Positions 19,491 through 27,798 of a stretch of DNA of 64,000 nucleotides are shown here, piece by piece (positions within the stretch are counted from its first letter, which is position 1; each line of letters opens with the position of its first letter). The notes below the pieces were generated by a model, which saw only the letters and a list, made by a program, of their open reading frames with translations, did not search any database and was not told where the DNA came from. This stretch comes from an uncultured Bacteroidota bacterium (GTDB lineage: Bacteria > Bacteroidota > Bacteroidia > Chitinophagales > LD1), in the NCBI GenBank assembly GCA_937894725.1, contig CALAYL010000049.1:8900-72899 (forward strand), in the 5' to 3' direction. A program made the translations under genes and the position numbers.

Positions 19491-20537
19491 ATGGCACTTT
19501 TGACTATCGAAAATATAGGAATAGCGGGTATAGCTACTACTTTACCGAGCACTATACACGACAATAGCGAATATGCACTCTTCTCTAAAAATGATTTTGC
19601 CCTTTTTTTAAAAACGGTAGGTATTCGGTATAGAAGAATAGTAGCGAGTGGTACTACCGCTGCTGACCTTTGCACTATAGCGGCCGCTAAATTGATTGAA
19701 AAACTAGCATGGGAAAAAGAAGATATTGAATTGCTTGTATTTGTAACACAAACTCCCGACTACCAAATACCTTACACCGCCAGCAGTATTCAACATCGAC
19801 TTGGATTATCAAAAAACTGTATGGCTTTTGATGTTAATTTAGGTTGCTCTGGTTATGTATATGGACTATCTATAGTATCCTCGCTATTATCAAAAATGGG
19901 AAATAAAAAAGCCTTGCTTTTGGTAGGCGACTGCTCTTCCTCTTGTATTTCAATGCTCGACAAAAGTGTAGCTCCCTTGTTTTCAGATGCAGGGAGTGCT
20001 ACTGCACTAACATCCAATCAAGGTAAAAAACTTGCCTTTAACTTACAAACAGATGGTGCCGAATTTGACGCTATCATTACTCCTCATGGAGGTATGCGTT
20101 TCCCTTTTCAAATCGACTCCTTGATGTATGAAGAAATCACCAATGGGATTTCGCGACATAAAAATCACATGATTTTAGATGGCTTGAAAATATTTAATTT
20201 TGCACTACGCGAAGTACCTAGCAATGTGATGCATCTACTCGAAAATAAACAGCTAAAAATAGAGGATATAGATCTGGCAGTTTTTCATCAAGCCAATCTA
20301 TTGATGAATGAAACCGTGAGAAAAAAGCTGCATCTTGATATAGAAAAAACAGCTTATACACTCTATGAATATGGCAATACAAGCTCTGCATCTATACCGG
20401 TAACACTAACGGCAAAAGCAGATGATTTTTCTAATAAAAATAACGTTTTACTAACTGGCTTTGGGGTAGGACTATCGTGGGGTAGTTGTATTGCTGATCT
20501 CTCGGATTGTGTCATCTTGCCCATCATAGTAGTCTAA
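19491..20537 (+). CDS. 3-oxoacyl-ACP synthase III (FabH-like) family protein
   Basis: 348 aa with an intact Cys-His-Asn triad in the context CSGYVYG / FHQAN / YGNTSSASIP. Confidence 0.88.
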   Translation: MALLTIENIGIAGIATTLPSTIHDNSEYALFSKNDFALFLKTVGIRYRRIVASGTTAADLCTIAAAKLIEKLAWEKEDIELLVFVTQTPDYQIPYTASSIQHRLGLSKNCMAFDVNLGCSGYVYGLSIVSSLLSKMGNKKALLLVGDCSSSCISMLDKSVAPLFSDAGSATALTSNQGKKLAFNLQTDGAEFDAIITPHGGMRFPFQIDSLMYEEITNGISRHKNHMILDGLKIFNFALREVPSNVMHLLENKQLKIEDIDLAVFHQANLLMNETVRKKLHLDIEKTAYTLYEYGNTSSASIPVTLTAKADDFSNKNNVLLTGFGVGLSWGSCIADLSDCVILPIIVV

Positions 20538-20588
20538 AAAATTTCACCACCCGAACTTTATTGTTAGTTTTAGTCCACAAATTTCCAT

Positions 20589-21494
20589 TTGGCACTTATA
20601 TCTATCATAGTACCGGTATATAACAGCGCATCATCGTTAGAAATGCTTTGCGAGGCTGTAGCCGAAGGGTGCAAGAGTTTTGACTACGAACTCATCTTAG
20701 TTGATGATGGAAGCCAGGATGATAGTTGGTCTAAAATCGAACAACTCAAACCAAGGTGCAAAAACCTACATGCTATTGAACTACACAAAAACTCTGGTCA
20801 ACACAAAGCATTGCTGTGCGGTATTGAGATAGCAAAAGGAGAATGGATAGTAACCCTTGATGATGACCTCCAGTTTGCCCCAGCTGATATTGCAATTTTA
20901 TTGGCAAAAGCTACCAGCTGCTCTTCGCATCTGGTGTATGGAATTCCAGAAAAAAAGCAACATGCTTTTTGGCGCAATTTGGGCAGTCGATTTGTAGCCT
21001 TCATTTTTAGAAGATATGCTAATATGCGGGTGAGTGGGTCCTCTTTCAAACTAATACACCGTTCCCTTACAGAAAAACTAATCTCTCACAATCATCCTTT
21101 TTTATTTATAGACGAAGTATTACAATGGCATGCGATAAACATAGCTCGAGTCAAAGTATCGCATGTAGAAAGAGCACAGGGCAAATCGAACTATACTTTT
21201 TGGAAACTTTTGCGACTTGGACTAAAATACTTGATTAGCTACACCACCTTTCCACTCAGATTTATTTCTATGATAGGTTTGTTATCATTTTTAATTTGTT
21301 TGGCTTTAATTATTTTCTTTTTATACCAAAAATATTCGGTAGGTGCAGAGCTAGGTTTTACTGCCCTCATCGTTTCTATTTTTATGTCCACAGGCTTGAT
21401 TTTATTTAGCTTGGGGGTTATAGGAGAGTACCTCAATCGGCTATTTTTACTGCAATCTGGCAAACCTACTTTTGTAATCAAGAAGCGGATATGA
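20589..21494 (+). CDS. GT2 glycosyltransferase of the ArnC/GtrB/polyprenyl-phosphate sugar transferase type
   Basis: 301 aa with IIVPVYN, VDDGSQD and LDDD motifs plus two C-terminal TM helices. TTG is the only available start, because an in-frame stop lies at 20571. Confidence 0.8.
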   Translation: MALISIIVPVYNSASSLEMLCEAVAEGCKSFDYELILVDDGSQDDSWSKIEQLKPRCKNLHAIELHKNSGQHKALLCGIEIAKGEWIVTLDDDLQFAPADIAILLAKATSCSSHLVYGIPEKKQHAFWRNLGSRFVAFIFRRYANMRVSGSSFKLIHRSLTEKLISHNHPFLFIDEVLQWHAINIARVKVSHVERAQGKSNYTFWKLLRLGLKYLISYTTFPLRFISMIGLLSFLICLALIIFFLYQKYSVGAELGFTALIVSIFMSTGLILFSLGVIGEYLNRLFLLQSGKPTFVIKKRI

Positions 21495-22087
21495 TTTTAA
21501 AAAAATACAATCTAGAACTTCATCGAATTACATGGTCCGATATCGAAACTATCCGTACATGGCGCAATGACCCAAAGATACAACAGCACATGTTTTTCAA
21601 ACAAACCATCACTACAGAAATGCAGCAAAATTGGTTTAAAAAAGCAGATACAATTCACAACTTTTATTTTAAAATAGTGTATCTAAATCAAGCTGTAGGT
21701 TTGATACATGTATCAGATATTGATTTTAAAAAAAGGGATGCGTTTTCTGGTCTTTTTATCTATGACGATAACTATCTATCTACCGATGTGCCGGCTCGCG
21801 CTTCCCTCTGCATGCTCGATTATTTTTTTGAAGAAAATATACTTTACACTCTTTATGCAAAAACAAAAAAAGATAACGTTACAGCTATCAAATACAATCA
21901 ATCACTGGGTTTTGAAATAGCAGGTGATATTGAAAACGAAACCGGCTATCTGCTCCGTCTCACTCGCGAAAATTACCTGCATAAATGCCAACCTTTTAAA
22001 ACGTTTTTTGGCAAGTCGGGCATAGCCATTGAGTATGACGATACCTTGTCTGTTGATAGGCTTTGGCAAGAAAAAATTAAATCATAA
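21491..22087 (+). CDS. GNAT-family N-acyltransferase (PseH-like)
   Basis: 198 aa with an N-terminal WRNDP motif and GNAT core pattern. A 4-nt ATGA overlap joins it to the GT2 gene. Confidence 0.7.
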   Translation: MILKKYNLELHRITWSDIETIRTWRNDPKIQQHMFFKQTITTEMQQNWFKKADTIHNFYFKIVYLNQAVGLIHVSDIDFKKRDAFSGLFIYDDNYLSTDVPARASLCMLDYFFEENILYTLYAKTKKDNVTAIKYNQSLGFEIAGDIENETGYLLRLTRENYLHKCQPFKTFFGKSGIAIEYDDTLSVDRLWQEKIKS

Positions 22088-22120
22088 AAAAAGCCTCGAA
22101 AATTAGTTTCGAGGCTTTTG
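22086..22120. terminator. Bidirectional intrinsic terminator between convergent genes
   Basis: AAAGCCTCGAAA/TTTCGAGGCTTT stem flanked by an A-run and a T-run. Confidence 0.85.
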
Positions 22121-22138
22121 CACTTTATGTGAAAGTGG

Positions 22139-24412
22139 TTATTTTCCCGCCACTTCTTTACGGATAATGTTTAGTGCTCCACCTGCTTTAAACCACTCAA
22201 TTTGCTGAGCGTTGTAAGTATGATTTGCCTTGATTTCGTCTTTAGTTCCATCTGCATGGTTCAACACTAATGTCAATGGCACTCCTGGTGCAAATGTGGT
22301 CAAGCCTAAAATATCTATTGAATCGTCTTCTTGAAATTTGTTGTAGTCTTCTTTGTTTGCAAAAGTAAGACCCAGCATACCTTGTTTTTTCAAGTTGGTT
22401 TCGTGGATACGAGCAAATGATTTTACCAATACTACTCGCACACCAAGGTGACGTGGCTCCATAGCCGCATGCTCTCTCGAAGAACCCTCACCGTAGTTTT
22501 CATCGCCTACTACGATAGAGCCTATGCCTGCCGCCTTGTATGCACGCTGTACAGCTGGCACTGTATCATACTGCCCAGTCAACTGGTTTTTTACTGAGTT
22601 TGGTGTTTCATTAAAGAAGTTCACCGCACCAATAAGCATATTGTTTGAAATATTATCTAAATGACCACGATATTTCAACCAAGGTCCGGCCATTGAAATA
22701 TGGTCTGTCGTACACTTACCTTTTGCTTTTATCAATAACTTTAATCCTTTCAAATCAGTACCTTCCCATGCAGTGAATGGATCTAATAACTGTAGTCTGT
22801 CCGATTTTGGATCTACAATCACTTTTACAAGGCTACCATCAGCTACAGGAGCTTGAAAACCTGCATCTTCTACTCCAAAACCTTTTGGAGGCAATTCTAA
22901 GCCTGTAGGCTCATCAAACATGACTTGTTCGCCATTTTTATTGGTGAGGGTATCGGTCATTGGATTGAAATCTAAACGGCCTGCAATGGCAATAGCGGCT
23001 ACCATCTCAGGTGAGGTTACAAATGCATGCGTATTTGGATTTCCATCTGCACGTTTAGAAAAATTTCTATTAAATGAATGTACAATACTGTTCTTAGGTG
23101 CATTTTTAGGGTCACTATATCTAGCCCATTGCCCTATACATGGCCCACAAGCATTGGTAAATATAGTCGCATTCAAATCTTCAAATATTTTAAGCAAACC
23201 ATCTCGTTCTGCGGTATATCTCACTTGCTCAGAACCCGGATTGATACCAAATTCTGCTTTGGTTTCTAATCCCTTATCTACGGCCTGTTTGGCTATAGAT
23301 GCCGCTCTGGTCAAATCTTCATAAGAAGAGTTTGTACATGACCCTATCAAGCCCCACTCTATATCTAACGGCCATCCGTTAGCTTTTGCTTTTTCAGTCA
23401 TTTGTCCTACCTCAGTAGCTAAATCTGGTGTGAAAGGTCCGTTTAATAAGGGTTTCAATGTATTCAAGTCAATTTCTATCAATTGGTCAAAATACTTTTC
23501 AGGATTTGCATACACCTCAGGGTCTCCCGTCAAGTGCTCTTTTATTGCATTAGCAGCATCTGCCACCTCTGCTCTATCTGTAGCTCTAAGATAACGCTCC
23601 ATTGAATCATCATAGCCAAAGGTAGAAGTGGTAGCTCCTACTTCTGCGCCCATGTTACAAATCGTTCCTTTTCCTGTACAAGAAAGAGAGATAGCGCCCT
23701 CACCGAAGTATTCGATTATAGCACCTGTACCACCTTTTACTGTTAAGATTTCAGCTACTTTCAAAATCACATCTTTCGCAGAGCTCCATCCACTAAGTTT
23801 GCCTGTTAATTTTACACCTATCAATTTAGGAAATTTCAATTCCCAAGACATTCCTGCCATTACATCTACTGCATCTGCACCACCCACACCTATAGCTACC
23901 ATACCCAATCCACCAGCATTCACAGTATGTGAGTCGGTACCTATCATCATGCCTCCTGGGAACGCGTAATTTTCTAAAACTACTTGGTGAATAATACCAG
24001 CGCCTGGTTTCCAAAAACCAATGCCATACTTGTTAGATACAGAAGCTAGGAAATTAAACACTTCATTGCTGGTGTTTAACGCTTCTTGTAAATCTTTTTC
24101 TGCACCTAGTTTCGCTTGAATTAAGTGGTCACAATGCACCGTAGATGGCACTGCTACTTGCGGACGACCTGCTTGCATAAACTGCAATAATGCCATCTGA
24201 GCAGTAGCATCTTGCATTGCTACTCGGTCTGGGGCAAAATCTACATACGAGTTGCCTCTTTCAAAACTGCTCAACACGGTGTCTGCATGTAAGTGCGAAT
24301 ACAATATTTTTTCGGATAGCGTCAATGGTTTATTCAAAACTTTTCGCGCTGCTGCTACCTTCTCAGGAAGTTCGGCATATACTTTTCGGATCATTTCGAT
24401 ATCAAAAGCCAT
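22139..24412 (-). CDS. acnA: Aconitate hydratase (~757-aa mitochondrial-type)
   Basis: Full-length aconitase pattern including the Fe-S ligand motifs GSCTNSS and NACGPCIG. Confidence 0.96.
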   Translation of the reverse strand: MAFDIEMIRKVYAELPEKVAAARKVLNKPLTLSEKILYSHLHADTVLSSFERGNSYVDFAPDRVAMQDATAQMALLQFMQAGRPQVAVPSTVHCDHLIQAKLGAEKDLQEALNTSNEVFNFLASVSNKYGIGFWKPGAGIIHQVVLENYAFPGGMMIGTDSHTVNAGGLGMVAIGVGGADAVDVMAGMSWELKFPKLIGVKLTGKLSGWSSAKDVILKVAEILTVKGGTGAIIEYFGEGAISLSCTGKGTICNMGAEVGATTSTFGYDDSMERYLRATDRAEVADAANAIKEHLTGDPEVYANPEKYFDQLIEIDLNTLKPLLNGPFTPDLATEVGQMTEKAKANGWPLDIEWGLIGSCTNSSYEDLTRAASIAKQAVDKGLETKAEFGINPGSEQVRYTAERDGLLKIFEDLNATIFTNACGPCIGQWARYSDPKNAPKNSIVHSFNRNFSKRADGNPNTHAFVTSPEMVAAIAIAGRLDFNPMTDTLTNKNGEQVMFDEPTGLELPPKGFGVEDAGFQAPVADGSLVKVIVDPKSDRLQLLDPFTAWEGTDLKGLKLLIKAKGKCTTDHISMAGPWLKYRGHLDNISNNMLIGAVNFFNETPNSVKNQLTGQYDTVPAVQRAYKAAGIGSIVVGDENYGEGSSREHAAMEPRHLGVRVVLVKSFARIHETNLKKQGMLGLTFANKEDYNKFQEDDSIDILGLTTFAPGVPLTLVLNHADGTKDEIKANHTYNAQQIEWFKAGGALNIIRKEVAGK

Positions 24413-24522
24413 GATATTTATTTTTTAATTTAGTGAGAAAATGGGTTGTCTTTTGTTTGGCGGTGTAAAGGTAAAAAAACCAAGTGAAAAAGGGTAATGC
24501 TTAGCTAGTAAAGTAGTAGTAG

Positions 24523-24560
24523 AAATCTCTTTTTAGCGAATTTTCGCTAAAAAGAGATTT
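24523..24560. other. 38-bp perfect palindrome in the divergent acnA/osmC intergenic region
   Basis: AAATCTCTTTTTAGCGAA TT TTCGCTAAAAAGAGATTT. No flanking T-tract on either strand. Confidence 0.9.
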
Positions 24561-24723
24561 GGAATTATAAAAAGGGGAATTAAGCATTCTATTTTTAAAG
24601 TGCTTTTTAGTCCCTATATTTTTTTCAATAAGAAAAAACAAACTCCACTAGAAAACATAAATCTTCCCCCTGCCTGTTGTTTTTTTTGATTTAATCATCG
24701 TATATTTAAGAAAAAAAGCAAAT

Positions 24724-25146
24724 ATGAGCGCCACACACCACATCGACCTCGCACACAGATCGGGTATGACTTTTTCGATTACTCAAGATGGGCATAAATA
24801 CCTAGTAGATGCGCACAAAGAGAATGGAGGCGAGGACAATGGCCCTGCACCCAAAGCGTTTATTTTGTCTGCCTTAGCAGGTTGTACAGCTATGGATGTA
24901 GTATCGCTTTTAGCTAAAATGAAAGTAGTTTATACCGACTTTTCTATTGCTGTAGATGGCACACTCACCGAAGATCACCCCAAAACCTACCACCTAGTCA
25001 ATCTGGTTTACAAAATTAAAATAGACAGCGAAGAAGATAGAGCTAAAATGGCTAAGAGTGTAGAGCTATCTCAAACTAAATACTGCGGGGTGGCTGCAAT
25101 GGTAAGAAGTTTTGCTATTTTAAATTATACTATTGAATATATTTAA
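24724..25146 (+). CDS. OsmC/Ohr-family peroxiredoxin-like protein
   Basis: 140 aa with two conserved Cys in AGCTAMD and KYCGV contexts. Confidence 0.85.
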   Translation: MSATHHIDLAHRSGMTFSITQDGHKYLVDAHKENGGEDNGPAPKAFILSALAGCTAMDVVSLLAKMKVVYTDFSIAVDGTLTEDHPKTYHLVNLVYKIKIDSEEDRAKMAKSVELSQTKYCGVAAMVRSFAILNYTIEYI

Positions 25147-25149
25147 AAC

Positions 25150-26172
25150 ATGCTTAGAACTGCCCTTGTCCGCAATCTCAAAAACCCTGTATTTAATCTG
25201 GCACGCTTATTTTTCCTATTTGGCCTAGTATTAGGCATAGGAGTAGTCGGCTATATACTGATAGAGCATTTTACATTATTAGATGCTATCTATATGACCG
25301 TGATAACGCTATCTACTGTAGGATTCAATGAGGTAAATCATTTGAGTGATCATGGTCGAATGTTTACCATATTTCTGATCATCACCAATATCGGTTTGTT
25401 CGCGTACTTCATAGCCCTTATCACTCGCTATTTTCTCGATGGCGATTTTTTGAAAGAATATAAATTATACAAAATGATGAATAAAGTAAACCTCCTCACC
25501 GACCATGTGATAGTCTGCGGCTTGGGTAGAAATGGCATAGCCACCTGCGAAACCTTGTTACTAAACAAAATCCCATTTGTGGTAATAGAACAAGAGCTAG
25601 AGCGTATCGAAAATTGCCCATTAGAAATAGGCTACTACATAATATCTGACGCTACACGTGATGACACATTGATAGAGGCAGGCATAGACAAAGCAAGGGC
25701 GTTAATTGTCACTTTGCCCGAAGATGCCGACAATCTCTTTACGGTGCTTACCGCAAGAGAGCTAAATAAAAATCTATTGATAGTATCCAGAGCATCTAAA
25801 GATAGTTCTGTAAAAAAATTAAAAATAGCAGGTGCTGATAATGTGCTGATGCCCGACAAACTGGGCGGTGTACACATGGCTACCTTAGTGCTTTCGCCCG
25901 ATGTCAAAGAATTTATAGATATTCTTTCTAGTCGTTCGTCAGATGAGTTTATGATAAAAGAAATCATAGCTAAGCGCACTTTCATCATGCACAAAGCAGA
26001 ATGTTGGGAAAAAACAGGAGCTACGATTTTGGGTATAAAAAAGCAGGACAATGAATACATTCTCAATCCTCAGCCCGAACAAGAAGTGCTAGAAGGCTGG
26101 CGGCTGATAGTGATGGGCTCTTCTCTCCAACTCCAAAATATAGAGGAGCATATAGCGGAAATGAAGAGTTAG
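25150..26172 (+). CDS. Two-TM pore-loop cation channel with an RCK (TrkA-N/TrkA-C) domain
   Basis: TM1, pore helix, TLSTVGFNEV, TM2, then a VIVCGLGRNG Rossmann motif and a C-terminal TrkA-C-like region. Confidence 0.85.
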   Translation: MLRTALVRNLKNPVFNLARLFFLFGLVLGIGVVGYILIEHFTLLDAIYMTVITLSTVGFNEVNHLSDHGRMFTIFLIITNIGLFAYFIALITRYFLDGDFLKEYKLYKMMNKVNLLTDHVIVCGLGRNGIATCETLLLNKIPFVVIEQELERIENCPLEIGYYIISDATRDDTLIEAGIDKARALIVTLPEDADNLFTVLTARELNKNLLIVSRASKDSSVKKLKIAGADNVLMPDKLGGVHMATLVLSPDVKEFIDILSSRSSDEFMIKEIIAKRTFIMHKAECWEKTGATILGIKKQDNEYILNPQPEQEVLEGWRLIVMGSSLQLQNIEEHIAEMKS

Positions 26173-26324
26173 GGTTTTTTTAAAGTAAATTGCCCCACCC
26201 TCTCGCTAAGTTTAGAAAGGCGTAACTTGTGATGGAAAATAGACCTACTATTCTCAAATAGTTTTATCTTTCACTTTTAAAATAAAAACGCAGATACTGC
26301 GTTACAGAGCTACAATTTATCTAC

Positions 26325-27779
26325 ATGCGTTTGTTCCCTCTTTTTCTTTTTATCGGACTATTTGGTCTATCACTTTCGCTCACCCAATGCAAAAAAGAAC
26401 CTCCTATAAACGGCACAGGCATTAGCTTTACGACCGATACATTGACGTTTGATACGGTATTTACTTCGCTGGGTTCTACGACTCGCTATTTCAAAGTGAA
26501 AAACAATACCACTAAAGACATTACAATTTCCAACATACAACTCATGGGCCTTCAGGGCAATCAGTTTAGACTTAATGTTGATGGCGTATCGGGCAAAAGC
26601 TTTACTAATGTAGAAGTGCTCGCCAAAGACAGCATGTATGTATTTGTAGAAGTGACCGTAAACCCCAATGCCTCAAACGCACCTTTTGTGATACAAGATG
26701 AAGTCGTATTTTCGGTTAAAGGGCAAGTTCAAAAAGTAATACTCGAAGCTTGGGGTCAAAATGCTTACTATCACTTAGGCGAACAGTATTCGACCTCAAA
26801 CCCACCTGGGCTTTGGCTTACAGATAAACCACACATCATTCTCGCTAAAAGAGATAGTTTTCCGGGCATGGAAGTCAAAGCGGGGGTTACACTCAATATT
26901 CCATCAGGAGCTCGTTTGTTTTTCGGGCCTGGAGCGCTACTTTCTGTTGATGGCACCTTGAATGCTTTGTCAAATCAAGGCGATAGTATTTCGTTTGATG
27001 GTCTTCGGTTAGAATCTTTCTATCAAGATAGGCCTGGCCAGTGGTTAGGGATTATTTTTGGGCGTACTGCCAAAATATATATGAGAAGTTGCATGATTAC
27101 CGAATCCACATTTGGCCTCTCTGATGAGCATATTTTGAACGTACTAGTAGGAAAGCGTATCACTACTTCTGCCCTGCCCAGTTATGGCAGCGCCACTCCT
27201 GAAATAACACTCGATAAATGTATCATCAAGCACACGGCTGGCACAGCGCTCACGGCTATATCGACTAAGCTGAGGGCTACTAATTGCCTTCTCCATACGG
27301 CTGGGGGCAATGTTACTGGACTTTTCCTAGGGGGCGATTATGAATTTACTCATTGCACTATGGCGAATGTTTACACCAAATATGTAGATCATCGATCGCC
27401 TTGTCTGGTAGTAGCAGATAGAATAGTAGATATTGATAACACCCCTATCTCAAACCCCAACTTGACCGCAAAGTTTACGAACTGCATCGTATATGGCAAT
27501 CTGCAAGATGAATTTGGTTTTGTAACCGCTTTGCCTTCGAGCCAGATTACATTCGAAAATTGTTTACTTAAAACTGATGTAGATTCTTTCGCTATGGTAG
27601 GCAATACAAATTGCACATTGAACAAAGACCCGAAATTTAAAGACTCTACTAAAGAAATATATACTCCCGACAGTATCCCATCGCCCGCAGTCAATAGTGG
27701 CAAAGTCACTGGTATCACCAACGATTTATTTTATAAACTCCGAGATGCATTGCCTGATATGGGTGCTTTGGAATGGTAA
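26325..27779 (+). CDS. Hypothetical lipoprotein (N-terminal Ig-like domain plus probable right-handed beta-helix)
   Basis: 484 aa with a lipobox (LSLTQC). The first ~130 aa resemble a PapD/HYDIN-like Ig domain, and the rest is repetitive and beta-rich. Confidence 0.7.
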   Translation: MRLFPLFLFIGLFGLSLSLTQCKKEPPINGTGISFTTDTLTFDTVFTSLGSTTRYFKVKNNTTKDITISNIQLMGLQGNQFRLNVDGVSGKSFTNVEVLAKDSMYVFVEVTVNPNASNAPFVIQDEVVFSVKGQVQKVILEAWGQNAYYHLGEQYSTSNPPGLWLTDKPHIILAKRDSFPGMEVKAGVTLNIPSGARLFFGPGALLSVDGTLNALSNQGDSISFDGLRLESFYQDRPGQWLGIIFGRTAKIYMRSCMITESTFGLSDEHILNVLVGKRITTSALPSYGSATPEITLDKCIIKHTAGTALTAISTKLRATNCLLHTAGGNVTGLFLGGDYEFTHCTMANVYTKYVDHRSPCLVVADRIVDIDNTPISNPNLTAKFTNCIVYGNLQDEFGFVTALPSSQITFENCLLKTDVDSFAMVGNTNCTLNKDPKFKDSTKEIYTPDSIPSPAVNSGKVTGITNDLFYKLRDALPDMGALEW

Positions 27780-27798
27780 AAATTACTAGCTTTAGTGC

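Noticed and set aside
24523-24560. The 38-bp palindrome interpreted as an intrinsic terminator
   Set aside because: It lies between divergently transcribed genes and has no U-tract on either strand, so there is nothing for it to terminate.
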